Origin: an uncultured delta proteobacterium
Lineage (GTDB): Bacteria; Myxococcota; UBA727; VGSZ01
NCBI GenBank assembly: GCA_963775425.1
Contig: CAVZJB010000008.1
Location: forward strand, 96,001-160,000
Direction of reading: 5' to 3'
DNA length: 64,000 nucleotides
This document shows positions 31,603 through 41,909 of the stretch, piece by piece. The stretch's first letter is position 1. Every line of letters begins with the position of its first letter. The notes under the pieces are model-generated. The model searched no databases. It saw only the letters and a list, made by a program, of their open reading frames with translations, and was not told the origin of the DNA. The position numbers and the translations under genes were made by a program.

Positions 31603-32504
31603 CGACGAGGCCGTCCGCGGGGGCCGCGAGGGCCCGCCCCGCGTCGACGACCGCGCTGCTGCTCGCGGCGCTCGCCGTCGCCGGCACCGCGGCGCGCGCG
31701 CGCACCGAGGCCCCCGCGCCAGCGGCGCTCCCCGTGCGCGTGCAGGAGCGCCCGGAGATCCCCTGGCTCGTCGTCGTCGTCGCCCTCGACGCGCCCGCGT
31801 CGCCGGCGAAGCTCGCGGACCCCGTGCGGCCGACGGTGCAAGCGCTCTTCGACGCCGGCGGCGCCGTCGACGTCGAAGAGCGCCCCGACGGCGCCCTCGT
31901 CGTCGTCGAGGGGCCGCCCGCGGCGGAAGGGCTCGTCGTCGCCGCCGCCCGGGCGAGCGCCGCCGACGCCAAGGCCGCGCGCGCCGCGCTGTTCGTCGAG
32001 GGGCGCACCACCCTCGTCGACGCCGGCGCTCTGCCTCCTTCGAGGGGCGATCGCGCGCCCGGGGGCGGCGCCGCCGCCGCGGGCGCCGGCGCTCCCCCGG
32101 GCGCCGGCGCGCTCCCCCTGGCGCCGAGCCCGGCGCTCTTCGACGTCGAGGGCGAGGCGCTCGTCGCGTTCGTGGAGCGCGCCGTGCCGCACGCCAGGGC
32201 GTCGCTCGCCTTGTCCCGCGGCAGCGCCGTCCTCGTCGTCGACGGCGGCCCCGGCTTCGACCGCGCCGCCGCCCGCGCCGCCCTGGCCGCCGCCGTCGCC
32301 GCACCGCTGCCGCGCGGCGCCGTCGACGACCTGCGCGCGCGGGCCGAGGGCCGCCTGGCGGCGCGCCGCTCGCGCGTGGGCGCGTGGGCGCACGACACGG
32401 CGGCGCTGTGGCTCGCGTTCGACACCGTCGACGTCGAGGACGTCGACGACCTCGGCGTCCGTGTGCGCGCGCGGCTGTTCCCCTCGGTGCTGTTCGGTCC
32501 CTGA
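31599..32504 (+). CDS. Secreted hypothetical protein, possible second M16-like subunit
   Basis: ATGA coupling to upstream gene; signal peptide; low complexity. Confidence 0.45.
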   Translation: MTTRPSAGAARARPASTTALLLAALAVAGTAARARTEAPAPAALPVRVQERPEIPWLVVVVALDAPASPAKLADPVRPTVQALFDAGGAVDVEERPDGALVVVEGPPAAEGLVVAAARASAADAKAARAALFVEGRTTLVDAGALPPSRGDRAPGGGAAAAGAGAPPGAGALPLAPSPALFDVEGEALVAFVERAVPHARASLALSRGSAVLVVDGGPGFDRAAARAALAAAVAAPLPRGAVDDLRARAEGRLAARRSRVGAWAHDTAALWLAFDTVDVEDVDDLGVRVRARLFPSVLFGP

Positions 32505-32530
32505 CGCGGGCGCGCTCCGGCGCGGCTCCT

Positions 32531-33091
32531 TCAAGGGATGTGCTTCACCAAGGCGCGCACGCGCTGGACGGACACGGCCACGCACGCGGTGGTGCCCCTG
32601 CGCTCGATGACGACGCCGACGACCCGGCCGTCGCGCAGGACGGGCGCACCGGGATCGAGGGGGAGGTCGAGCCGCCAGCGGCCCCCGCTGACGGTGCGCA
32701 GGCCGCCGACGCTCGGCGAGACCCGCCCGTCGACGAGCCCCATGCCGAGGAGCCACGCGTCCTTCCCCGGCGGCGCGCCGTTGCCGAGGCCGAGCGAGGG
32801 GAACACGCCGTCCTTGTCGAGCTTCTTCAATTCCACGAGGGCGAGGCCGTCGTCGTCGCGCACGAGCACGTGGCCGCGGCGGCGCTCGCCGTCGACGAGC
32901 TCGAGGACGACGTCGTCGACGTTGCCGGCGACGACGGCCACGGCGACGCCGGAGCCGGACACGAAGAACCCCGGCCGCACGTCTCCCTCGGGCGAGATGA
33001 CCGAGACCACGGCCGGCCCGTGGACCCGCGCCGCGTGCTCGAGCGACGGCGGGCCCGCGGCCACGAGCAGGGCGAGCGCGGGAGCGAGCAT
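32531..33091 (-). CDS. Trypsin-like (S1C) fold protein, catalytic residues apparently degenerate
   Basis: PAVVSV, GFFV, LALVEL, PGAPVL.DGRVVGV; no GxSGG. Confidence 0.6.
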   Translation of the reverse strand: MLAPALALLVAAGPPSLEHAARVHGPAVVSVISPEGDVRPGFFVSGSGVAVAVVAGNVDDVVLELVDGERRRGHVLVRDDDGLALVELKKLDKDGVFPSLGLGNGAPPGKDAWLLGMGLVDGRVSPSVGGLRTVSGGRWRLDLPLDPGAPVLRDGRVVGVVIERRGTTACVAVSVQRVRALVKHIP

Positions 33092-33117
33092 CGCGCCGTA
33101 GGCTACACTCGAGCCCG

Positions 33118-34071
33118 GTGGACCGCCCACTTCCCGCCCGCGCCGTGGCGCGCGCCCTCGTCGTGCGTGCGGGGGCCTGTGCGCTCGCGTGCGCGGGCGT
33201 CGCGGGCACGGCGCGCGCGGACGACGGCCCGCCGCTCCTGCCGCTGGCCAGCGTGCAGCGGCCGCCGCCGCTCGACGACGACGACCCGCCGCCGCACTAC
33301 CGGGGCTGCGCGGACAAGCCGCTGCCCGTGCTGCGCGATCGGCTGCCCTTCGGCCCCGGGGAGCTGCTGAGCTACGACGTCGCCGTCCTCGGCATTCGCA
33401 CCGGCAAGGTGAACATCAAGATGGGCGAGCGGGCCGTCATCGACGGCGTCGCCACCTTCCCGCTGCAGGCGCAGGCCAAGACCGACGGGTTCCTCGAGGT
33501 GCTCGGCAATTTCGACGCGCGCATGGTGAGCTTCTTCGACCCGTCGACGCTGACGCCGGTGCGGATGGTGAACCGCACGGTCACGCGCAAGCCGTTCGTG
33601 GCCGTGCCCGTGGTGTCGCGCGAGGACGGCGCGTTCGCCAAGGGCGTGCTCAACGCGCGCCTGCGCCGCACGAGCGACAAGGGCGACTACGACCGAAAGA
33701 GCCACATCACCACGGCCGCCGACGTCGTCGATCTGTTGAGCGTGGTCTACTACCTGCGCGCCCGCGTGTTGCCCGAGGGCGCGCCCTTCTGCTTCGAGCT
33801 GTATCACCGCCGGCGGCTGTGGCACGTCGAGGGCAAGGTCGGCGGCATCGAGGTGGTTCGCCCCCCGCTCGGCGCGCGGCGCGCGCGCCGGCTCGACGCG
33901 GTGGTGACGCGCGTGGGCGGCAAGCACCGCCCGCCGCCGCGCCCGGTGACGGCGTGGATCACGGACGACGCCGACCGCGTGCCGGTGCTCGTCTCCACGC
34001 CCGACAAGCTTGGCCACATCGAGGTGCGCATGCTGCACTACGAGCGTGGCCATCGCCTCGTTGCCCGGTGA
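33118..34071 (+). CDS. DUF3108 family protein
   Basis: [33 protein letters not shown]. Confidence 0.75.
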   Translation: MDRPLPARAVARALVVRAGACALACAGVAGTARADDGPPLLPLASVQRPPPLDDDDPPPHYRGCADKPLPVLRDRLPFGPGELLSYDVAVLGIRTGKVNIKMGERAVIDGVATFPLQAQAKTDGFLEVLGNFDARMVSFFDPSTLTPVRMVNRTVTRKPFVAVPVVSREDGAFAKGVLNARLRRTSDKGDYDRKSHITTAADVVDLLSVVYYLRARVLPEGAPFCFELYHRRRLWHVEGKVGGIEVVRPPLGARRARRLDAVVTRVGGKHRPPPRPVTAWITDDADRVPVLVSTPDKLGHIEVRMLHYERGHRLVAR

Positions 34072-34174
34072 GCGCGCCGGCAGGGCGAGAGCGCAACGCA
34101 GGGGGCCGGAGGGCGGATACTCCCCTGCGGTGGTACCGTTGCCGGCGCGTGCCCCGTCCATGAGGTCCCCGTCG

Positions 34175-36703
34175 ATGCGTCCGTCCCTCCTCCTCGCCGC
34201 CCTCGTGACCGCCCTGTGCGGCGCCGCCTGCTTCAACATCGGCGACCGCCCGCCCCCGCCCTCCCGCGGCGGGAGCATCGCGGGCACCATCCAGGTGTCG
34301 GGCGTCTCGGGCCAGCTCGCCGTAGATCCTGACGCCGTGCGTCAGGCGCGCGTGGACGTGTGCGAGGCGGACAGCCCGCCCCGCGAAGACGCCGCGCCCA
34401 TGCCCGACATCGCCGGCCGCGGCGCGCCGCCGTCGCCCACGCGCCCGAGCTCCAAGATGCCGCTTCAGTGGAAGGCCGGCGACGTCCTCGTGCTCTTCGA
34501 CCATGGCGCCTATGACCGCGCCTCGCTCGCGCCCGCGCTCGACGCCATGATCGGCCGCGCGGCGCTCGGCGGCGTCAGCGCCAAGGTCGCGCGCTGCACC
34601 GCCGGCCGCTACTGCCTCGCGCGCCTGTACAAGTCCGGCGCCCTGCTCGACGAGAGCGCCACCGACGCCGCGCAGAAGGCCCTCGACAAAAACCGCGGGC
34701 CGCACGTGAAGGTCGTCGCGAAGAACCTCAAGAAGTGGGGCTTCTTCGTCCCCAACGATCCGCTCTTCAATTTCCAGTGGCACTACGACTTCATCCACCT
34801 GCAGGCGGCGTGGGACATCGAGCGCGGCGACGACAGCGTCGTGGTCGCCGTCGTCGACAGCGGCGCCGTCACCGCGCAGCCCGACCTCTCCGGCCGCTGG
34901 GCGCGCGACGGCCAGGGCCGCGTCGTCGGCACCGATATGGTCGATCCCGAGGTCGACGTCGACGGCGTCCCCGGGCGCGACACCGACCCCGAAGACCCCG
35001 GCGACAACCTCTTCGGCACCAACTCGTCGAGCTGGCACGGCACGCACATCGCCGGCACCATCGGCGCCGAGACCGACAACGGCGAGGGCGTCGCCGGCAT
35101 CACCATGGCCGGCCGCATCGTCCCCGTGCGCGTGCTCGGCAACCAGCTCTCGGGCTTCGACGCCGACATCATGGACGGCATCTTCTGGGCCATCGGCCAG
35201 CACGTCGACGGCACGCCCGACTATCCGCTCACCGACACGGCGAAGCTCATCAACCTCTCGCTCGGCGGCCCCACCGACGACGCCAGCCAGACCTTCTGGA
35301 ACGACAACATCACCGCCGTGCTCTCCGATCCGTCCAAGCCCATCATCGTGGCCGCGGCGGGCAACAGCGACGAGGACGCCGGCGGCATCGTGCCCGCCAA
35401 CGTCCCCGGCATGATCACCGTGGGCGCGGTGAACATCCGCGGGCTGCGCGCGAGCTACTCGAACTTCGGCGCGTCCGTCGACGTCATGGCCCCCGGCGGC
35501 GACGAGGGCACCGACGAAAACGGCGACGGCCAGCCCGACGGCGTGCTGTCGACGGTGAACCCCGACTACGACTGGCGCGACGGCACGAGCATGGCCTGCC
35601 CGCACGTGACCGGCGTGGCGGCGCTGTTGGTGGCCGCCAACCCGTCGCTCGGCCAGACCGACATCGCGCAGATCCTCCACGCGTCCTCCAACCACGCCGG
35701 CCAGTGCAACGAGGGCTGTGGCGGCGGCTGGCTCGACGCCGTGAGCGCGCTGCTGCTCGCGGGCGGCGAGGTGCAGGCGTTGCCGCTCCTCGCCACCGAC
35801 GTCACGCAGGCGTTCTTCCCCACAGGGCTGCAGGCGGTGCAGGTGAACGTGCTGAACCTCGGCAACGCGCCCTTCTCGTTCGCCGCCGCCGTCGAGGGAG
35901 CGCAAGCGGAGCACTTCAGCGTGAGCCCGGCGACGGGCACCGTGGCGGAGGCGACGTCGTCGAACCCGCGCGTGGCGCTCACCGTGACGCTCGATCGCGG
36001 CGACCTGGAAGCGGGCAGCGCCAACCTCAAGATCACCACCACCGACGCCGACATCACGCCGGCCGAAGAGGCGAGCGTCGACCTGAACTTCAACGACGAC
36101 CCGAACCGCAACCCGCGCCAGATCCAGGAGGTGCAGGTGGCCGCGTTCGAAAAGAAGGCCGACGGCACGCTCAAGAGCGTGGCCAAGACCGTCGCCAGGC
36201 GCGAGGACCAATTCGCGTACACCATCACGGGGCTGCGCGAGGGCGACTACGAGGTGTTCGCCGTCGGCGACGACAACCAGGACGGCCAGTTCGAGGCCGA
36301 CGTCGAGAGCTTCGGCGCGTACCCGACGCGCGACGCGCCGCAGGAGGTGCACGTGGGCGCCGACGCGCGCGTGGAGAGCATCGACTTCGGCATCGACGCC
36401 GCCTTCATCACCGACATCGTCGGCGGCGTCGGCGCCCCCTGCAACGCCGACAACGACTGCAGCACCCCGACGGGCGCGCAGTGCATCACCACCTTCGCCG
36501 GCGGCTACTGCTCGCGCCTGTGCGACGACGGCCAGTGCGGCAACAACGCCTCCTGCGAACAGTTGCGCTGCAGCGACGGCAGCGGCAACAGCGTCGACTG
36601 CAACGTCTGCCTCGTGCGCTGCGCGTCCGACAGCCAATGCCGCTTCGACGAGGGCTACATCTGCGACGCCGGCGAGTGCGTCCCCGCCGAGCTCCCGCCG
36701 TAA
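34175..36703 (+). CDS. S8 subtilase lipoprotein with Cys-rich C-terminus
   Basis: Triad VAVVDSG / HGTHIAGT / GTSMACPHV; AAAGN; lipobox GAA-C. Confidence 0.93.
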   Translation: MRPSLLLAALVTALCGAACFNIGDRPPPPSRGGSIAGTIQVSGVSGQLAVDPDAVRQARVDVCEADSPPREDAAPMPDIAGRGAPPSPTRPSSKMPLQWKAGDVLVLFDHGAYDRASLAPALDAMIGRAALGGVSAKVARCTAGRYCLARLYKSGALLDESATDAAQKALDKNRGPHVKVVAKNLKKWGFFVPNDPLFNFQWHYDFIHLQAAWDIERGDDSVVVAVVDSGAVTAQPDLSGRWARDGQGRVVGTDMVDPEVDVDGVPGRDTDPEDPGDNLFGTNSSSWHGTHIAGTIGAETDNGEGVAGITMAGRIVPVRVLGNQLSGFDADIMDGIFWAIGQHVDGTPDYPLTDTAKLINLSLGGPTDDASQTFWNDNITAVLSDPSKPIIVAAAGNSDEDAGGIVPANVPGMITVGAVNIRGLRASYSNFGASVDVMAPGGDEGTDENGDGQPDGVLSTVNPDYDWRDGTSMACPHVTGVAALLVAANPSLGQTDIAQILHASSNHAGQCNEGCGGGWLDAVSALLLAGGEVQALPLLATDVTQAFFPTGLQAVQVNVLNLGNAPFSFAAAVEGAQAEHFSVSPATGTVAEATSSNPRVALTVTLDRGDLEAGSANLKITTTDADITPAEEASVDLNFNDDPNRNPRQIQEVQVAAFEKKADGTLKSVAKTVARREDQFAYTITGLREGDYEVFAVGDDNQDGQFEADVESFGAYPTRDAPQEVHVGADARVESIDFGIDAAFITDIVGGVGAPCNADNDCSTPTGAQCITTFAGGYCSRLCDDGQCGNNASCEQLRCSDGSGNSVDCNVCLVRCASDSQCRFDEGYICDAGECVPAELPP

Positions 36704-36765
36704 TTGTGACGGCGCATGTCGGCGCCGTCACTTGCGCGCTTCGCGCGCGGCTCGCTCCGCTCGCG

Positions 36766-36878
36766 GCGCGGCGTCGGCAGCGTCCGAAGTCGCCTTTGAT
36801 CGTGCGCAGATTCGCGGCGCTTGCCGGGGCGACTTCGGAGGCTGCCTCCGCCGCGCTTCGGAGTTTCGGGGCTTGACG
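36766..36878 (+). repeat. Long-hairpin element ending CTCCGCCGCGCT..GGGCTTGA, copy A
   Basis: Arms 36766-36794/36828-36856 (26 of 29 paired). Confidence 0.65.
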
Positions 36879-36914
36879 TCGTCGAGGCCCCGTACGTCCC
36901 CGCCGCGCTCGCGG

Positions 36915-37330
36915 GGCGACGAGCGCTACGGCGACATCGCGGGGGCTTGGGCGATGTGGCTGTGGAGATGGGCGACGGCGCGGGCGGCTTCGGCGGCTTC
37001 GGCGATGTGGCTGTGGAGATGGGCGACGGCGCGGGCGGCTTCGGCGGCTTCGGCGATGTGGCTGTGGAGATGGGCGACGGCGCGGGCGGCTTCGGCGTCG
37101 TCGGCGCGCGGGTACGTGTGCCGCGCTTCGGAGCTTCGGGGCTTGACGTCGTCGGCGCGCGGGTACGTGTGCCGCGCTTCGGAGCTTCGGGGCTTGACGT
37201 CGTCGAGGCACCGAACGTCGCGCCGCGCTCGCGACGAGCGCTACGGCGACATCGCGGCGGCGGCTTCGGCGATGCGGGCGTGGAGGCTGGCGACGGCGCG
37301 GGCGGCTTCGGCGTCGTCGAGCGCGCGGGT
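36915..37330. repeat. Nested 51-bp tandem repeats and duplication of a gene 3' end
   Basis: Unit A at 36950, 37001, 37052; unit B at 37096, 37147; GACGAGCGCTACGGCGACATCGCGG at ~36918 and ~37233. Confidence 0.85.
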
Positions 37331-38188
37331 GCCGAGGCCGTCGAGGACCGCGGCGAGCGCCTTCGCGTTCGTCCCCGGAGCGAGCGCGGCGAGGCGCGCG
37401 GGCGCGAGCGCGTGCGGCAGCGTGCGCTCGACCGCGTCGTCTCCGGTGACGAGGAAGCCGCCGAAGCGCGCGGGGTCGGCGTCGGCCCAGGGCCAGTCGA
37501 GCAGCGCCCACCACAAAGACGCCAGCGCGTCGCGGCCGCGGACGACGTCGTCCTTGCGGAAGGGACGGCCGAGGGCGCCGTCGAGGAGCGCGGCCACCGC
37601 CTTCACCAGGCCCGCGTCCGTCACCACCCGCCCGTAGCCGGTGCCTCGCGCCGCCTGCGCGAGGTCCACCTCGCGCGGCCGCAGCCAGTCGTGGGGCGCG
37701 CAGAAGTGCCCGGCGCAGACCTCGCGCGGGTACACCGCGAGGTCGCGCAGGTCCTCGCCGGCGGGGTGCCGCGTCGGATGCAGCAGACAGCCGACGCGCC
37801 TCCCGGCGAGCTCCTCGGTGACGCGCGCCTCGTCGACCTCCGCTGTGGAGCGCCCGTCGTCGCCCTCCGCCGTGGGCCGCCCCGCGCCGGCCTCCGCGGT
37901 GGCGCCGGGCCTCGTCCCGCGATCCGGCGCGTCGTCGTCGACGTAGCCCGCGAACGGGCACACCTTCACGGCGGCGAAGAGCACGTCGGGCTTCTCGATC
38001 TCCAACAGCGCGTCGCGCGCGGCGGCGAGGGCGGCGCGATCGGGCCACGCCGCGCGCACGCGCGCCGTGCGACGCTCGAGGCGCTCGCGCTCGGCGCGCG
38101 CCGAGCGGTCGCGGAAGTTGTACACGCCGCAGCAGGCCGCGCACGAGCCGCCGTCGTGTTGGCAAAGCACGCGAAGCGGCGCGGGCAT
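37241..38188 (-). CDS. Hypothetical Cys-cluster (putative metal/Fe-S binding) protein
   Basis: LCQ..SCAACCG, VCPF.G, VGCLLHP, VCAGHFC. Confidence 0.7.
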   Translation of the reverse strand: MPAPLRVLCQHDGGSCAACCGVYNFRDRSARAERERLERRTARVRAAWPDRAALAAARDALLEIEKPDVLFAAVKVCPFAGYVDDDAPDRGTRPGATAEAGAGRPTAEGDDGRSTAEVDEARVTEELAGRRVGCLLHPTRHPAGEDLRDLAVYPREVCAGHFCAPHDWLRPREVDLAQAARGTGYGRVVTDAGLVKAVAALLDGALGRPFRKDDVVRGRDALASLWWALLDWPWADADPARFGGFLVTGDDAVERTLPHALAPARLAALAPGTNAKALAAVLDGLGTRALDDAEAARAVASLHARIAEAAAAMSP

Positions 38189-38258
38189 CGATCCTCCGTC
38201 GGCTGCGCGCGTCGTGCGCAACCTTTCCTCGAATGCGATCGCGTGTACCATACGCGCG

Positions 38259-38888
38259 ATGAAGCTCGTCGTCTTCGGCGCCACCGGGGGAACCGGCAGG
38301 AACGTGGCCAAGCGCGCGCTCGCGCTCGGCCATGACGTCGTCGCCGTGGCGCGGCGACCGGAGGCCGTCGACCTGCGTCACGAGAGGCTGCGCGTGCACA
38401 AGGCCGACGCCGCCGACGCCGCCGCCGTCGCCGCCGCGCTCGATCGCGCCGACTGCGCCGTCATCGCCGTCGGGCCCGCGGACAACAAGAAGCCCGGCAC
38501 CGTGATCTCCTCGTGCGCCAAGAACGTCGTCGCCGGCGCCGAGCAACAAAGCGTCTCGCGCGTGGTGCTCGAGAGCGGTCTCATGATGACCGACGGCGCA
38601 GAGCTCTCCTTCGTCGGTCGCATCATGATCAAGCTCTACCGGAGCACCGTGCGCGCGCTCTACGAGGACAAGCGCATCGCCGAAGCGGCCGTCACCGGCA
38701 GCGGCCGCGAGTGGGTCATCGTGCGCCCGCCGAACCTCGAGCACCAACCCGCGCGCGGCGACTACATCGCCGGCCCCAGGATGCGCGTGCGCCCGACGAA
38801 GCCCCTCACCCACGCCGACTGCGCCGACTGCCTCGTCCGCGCCGCCGTCGGCGAGTGGACGGGAGAGATCGTGAACGTCGGGTATTGA
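38259..38888 (+). CDS. NAD(P)H-binding atypical SDR (flavin reductase-like)
   Basis: MKLVVFGATGGTG, WVIVRP. Confidence 0.9.
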   Translation: MKLVVFGATGGTGRNVAKRALALGHDVVAVARRPEAVDLRHERLRVHKADAADAAAVAAALDRADCAVIAVGPADNKKPGTVISSCAKNVVAGAEQQSVSRVVLESGLMMTDGAELSFVGRIMIKLYRSTVRALYEDKRIAEAAVTGSGREWVIVRPPNLEHQPARGDYIAGPRMRVRPTKPLTHADCADCLVRAAVGEWTGEIVNVGY

Positions 38889-38941
38889 GCGGATTTTGTT
38901 CGCTCACGCTCACGAACAGCCGCGCCCTCCGGGCGCCCGGA

Positions 38942-39059
38942 GCGGCGGAGGCTGCCTTCGAAGCCGGCGCGCTCTCTGGGGGCTCTTTGTAGCCGGGGTC
39001 GGCTCGTGAGCGCGACGGCTTCGGTGGCAGCCTCCGCCGCGCTTCTTTGTTGGGCTTGA
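38942..39059 (+). repeat. Long-hairpin element ending CTCCGCCGCGCT..GGGCTTGA, copy B
   Basis: Arms 38942-38974/39008-39040 (about 30 of 33 paired). Confidence 0.65.
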
Positions 39060-39176
39060 TGCTCTGCTCTTGTCGCACCGCCCTCCACGTCGTCGCGCGG
39101 CGTAGATATTCGCGGCGGCGGGGCGACGTCGTCGTCAGCGACAAACGCCGTGCCGCCGAGGATGTCGTGACGCCGC

Positions 39177-39998
39177 TCAGATCAGGACGTCGATGAGCTC
39201 CACGGAGGACGCGGGCACGGTCTCGCCGAGGAACGCGGGCGCGAGCTTCTCGAGCTGCTCGGGGGCGTCGGTGACGAGGAGCCGGTGGCTGCCCGCCGCG
39301 GCGCCCGACGGGGCGGGGGCGCCGGCTTCGAGGCGGGCGGCGACGTCGAGGGCGGTGGCCTCGGCGCCGTCGACGAGGGCGACGGCGGGGTCGAGCGCCG
39401 CGCGCAGCACCGGGCGCAGCAGCGGGTAGTGCGTGCAGCCGAGCACCACCGTGTCTACGCCCTCCGGCAGCGCGCGCAGATACCGCTCGACCACCAGGCG
39501 CGGCACCTCGCCGTCGGTCCAGCCCTCCTCGACCAGCGGCACCAGCAGCGGACACGCCACCGGCACCACACGGCCCGCCTCGACGCCGAGCGCGTCGAGG
39601 GCCCGCCCGTACGCGCCCGAGCGCACCGTGCCCGGGGTGCCGAGCACGGCGACGACGCCGCCCTTGCTCCCCGCTACCGCCGCCCGCGCGCCCGGCTCGA
39701 TGACGCCGACGACCGGCACGCCGCGGGGGCCCAGCGCCTCCGTCAACGCGGGCAGCGCCACGGCGCTCGCGGTGTTGCACGCGACGACGAGCAGCTTGAT
39801 GTCCGCCGCCTCGAGGAGCGTGCGCGCGTTGTTGATCGCGTACTTGACGACGGTGGCGGCGGAGCGCGTGCCGTACGGGACGCGCGCGGTGTCTCCGAGG
39901 TAGACCGTGCTCTCTCCCGGCAAGCGCGCCTTGAGCGCGCGCAGCACGGTGAGGCCGCCTACGCCCGAGTCGAAGACGCCGATGGGCCGCGTGTCCAT
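39177..39998 (-). CDS. murI: Glutamate racemase
   Basis: IGVFDSGVGGLTV, DTARVPYG, VVACNTAS, VLGCTHYP. Confidence 0.96.
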   Translation of the reverse strand: MDTRPIGVFDSGVGGLTVLRALKARLPGESTVYLGDTARVPYGTRSAATVVKYAINNARTLLEAADIKLLVVACNTASAVALPALTEALGPRGVPVVGVIEPGARAAVAGSKGGVVAVLGTPGTVRSGAYGRALDALGVEAGRVVPVACPLLVPLVEEGWTDGEVPRLVVERYLRALPEGVDTVVLGCTHYPLLRPVLRAALDPAVALVDGAEATALDVAARLEAGAPAPSGAAAGSHRLLVTDAPEQLEKLAPAFLGETVPASSVELIDVLI

Positions 39999-40048
39999 GT
40001 CGCTGACTCAACCGCCGCGCGCCGTCCGTCAATCCGCTCGCACGGCGA

Positions 40049-40238
40049 TGAAAGGGGAGACGCGCAATGTGATCCGTCGGTGCCGACGGCTCGAGCGGCT
40101 CGGACGCGAGGGGCGGCGGACGGCGGGAGGAGCCGCACCGTCGATGCGGCGCGTTCGCGCCCGGGTCCGCGTTGAGCCGCGTTCCCTACGGAGAGGGCGC
40201 GGACTTGCCGTGTCGACGCGTGCGGCGACGACAGCTCA
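40049..40238 (+). repeat. Intergenic mosaic element related to 25760-26012
   Basis: TGAAAGGGGAGACGCGCAATGTGATCCGT ... TGCCGTGTCGACGCGTGCGGCGACGAC. Confidence 0.65.
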
Positions 40239-40955
40239 CGCTTTCTTGGCCAGGCCCCGGCGCACCTGGACGGGCTCTTCCTTGAGGCCCTCGGCGACGC
40301 CGACGGCGGTCACCTGCGCGGCGCTCACGGCCGCCGCCGTCACCGTCACCGCCTGCGTGGCCAGCGCGGGCAGGGGGCCCTGGGCGACGCTGGAGATGGC
40401 CTGGCCCGCCGCCATCGGGATGAACGTCGCCGCGGCGCCGAGCGCGTCGCCGACGGAGGAGGCGTTCGGCGCGGCGGCCTCGGCCTCGCCGTCGGCGGCG
40501 GTCTTGGTGGCGCCCTTGGACTTCGGCACCGTCACCGTCGCTGCCTGGTTGGTCAGCCGCACCTGCTCGAGGTCGGTGCGCACGCTCTCGACGATCTTGT
40601 TGTCCGCCGCGCTGCCCTTGTGCGTGCCCTGCACCATGGTCCGCGTGATGTCGTCGGAGACGCGCAGCGGATCCTTGGGCTCGTTCACCGTCGGCACCTT
40701 CCCGTTCAGGAAGCTCACCCCCTTGATGCCGCGGTCCATCTGCTGCGCAGCGAGGTCGTAGATGGCGTCGAGCTTCTTGAACGGATCGGGGACGCCGTCG
40801 GGGAGCTGGTGCTGCTCGCCGGGCAGCGCCATGTCCCCGAGGTTCTTTTGGACCAGCGGCGGCTCGAAGCGTTGCTCGGGGACGTAGTCGGCGTCGTGCC
40901 AGAGCGCGCTCATGCCCGCCTGGTGACCCGAGAAGACCGACTGACCGACGCGCAT
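40236..40955 (-). CDS. Hypothetical protein with Ala-rich C-terminus
   Basis: 239 aa, RBS GGAGG, GC3-biased codons. Confidence 0.65.
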   Translation of the reverse strand: MRVGQSVFSGHQAGMSALWHDADYVPEQRFEPPLVQKNLGDMALPGEQHQLPDGVPDPFKKLDAIYDLAAQQMDRGIKGVSFLNGKVPTVNEPKDPLRVSDDITRTMVQGTHKGSAADNKIVESVRTDLEQVRLTNQAATVTVPKSKGATKTAADGEAEAAAPNASSVGDALGAAATFIPMAAGQAISSVAQGPLPALATQAVTVTAAAVSAAQVTAVGVAEGLKEEPVQVRRGLAKKA

Positions 40956-41177
40956 CGCTGCCTCCGAAACCGTCCCGACCAGAGCGGCCGCAAAGGGGGA
41001 TCATGATGGTATCGCACGCGCTCCGTCTCGGTCCCTTGACCGACGCCGATCCGCTGCGATGGGCCACGGACGAGCGGGCGCCACGGGCCCGCGCGAGCAC
41101 GTCGCCGGCTTGGAACGCGGGGAACGCGCGGCGCGCTCGGCGATCGCGGCGCCGGCGTCTGCACGGCGGTGCGCGTT

Positions 41178-41193
41178 TGGCACACAGGGTGCT
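41178..41193 (+). promoter_or_regulatory. Putative sigma54 promoter
   Basis: TGGCACACAGGGTGCT = GG-N10-GC, about 50 bp upstream of ATG 41241. Confidence 0.6.
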
Positions 41194-41240
41194 CTTGAGT
41201 CCCACTGACAGGCCTCACCGACGAAAACAGGAGGGATTCC

Positions 41241-41888
41241 ATGACGACGCTGCACGCGCTTCGACACGTCTCGTCCGCGGTCCGCCACGCAGACGCGCTC
41301 GCCGACGAGGCGCAGGACCTCGGCTGCAAGGAGATCGCGGCCCGGCTGCGGGAGCGCGCGCGCAGCGTCTCCGCGGACCTCGACGCCGCCATCCAGGCCA
41401 TCGAGGAGATCGATCCGGCGCGCGCGGCGCGCGAGCGCTGCCACGGTGTTTTGACGTCGGTGTACGCCGACGCCACGCTGCAGCTCGAGCGCGTGCTGCC
41501 GCCCGAGGAGGCCTCGCGGCTGTCGCCGGGCGGCCACCTCGACGTCAGCGAGCGCGTGCGCTTCCGCCTGCGCCGCATGCCCGACGACGCCTTGGACGCC
41601 GTCCTCGACGTCAAGGCGCTCCTCGACCGGGCGCTGTTCACCTACGACGCCGCCGTCGACGGCTACCTCGCCGCCTGCGCCGACGCCCAGTCCAAGAAGG
41701 ACCGCGCCGTCATCAAGAGCCAGGCCCTGCGCGTGGAGCTCGAGCGCGCCAAGCACACGCTGCTCGTGCGCGCCGATCCCGACGGCGACGCCTGGCGCCG
41801 CATCAAGCGCCGCACCGTCCGCACCAAGCGCGCGCGCTGGCTCGACGAGGCCCGCGCCCAGCGCCTGCTCGCCCTCGCCTCTTCGTGA
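41241..41888 (+). CDS. Hypothetical all-helical protein
   Basis: 215 aa, RBS AGGAGG. Confidence 0.7.
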   Translation: MTTLHALRHVSSAVRHADALADEAQDLGCKEIAARLRERARSVSADLDAAIQAIEEIDPARAARERCHGVLTSVYADATLQLERVLPPEEASRLSPGGHLDVSERVRFRLRRMPDDALDAVLDVKALLDRALFTYDAAVDGYLAACADAQSKKDRAVIKSQALRVELERAKHTLLVRADPDGDAWRRIKRRTVRTKRARWLDEARAQRLLALASS

Positions 41889-41909
41889 TGCTCAGCCTCG
41901 TCGTGACGT

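Noticed and set aside
36915-37330. Diversity-generating retroelement TR/VR pair
   Set aside because: Differences are not confined to adenines and no reverse transcriptase is in the window; the four-helix gene at 54214 is distant and only weakly Avd-like
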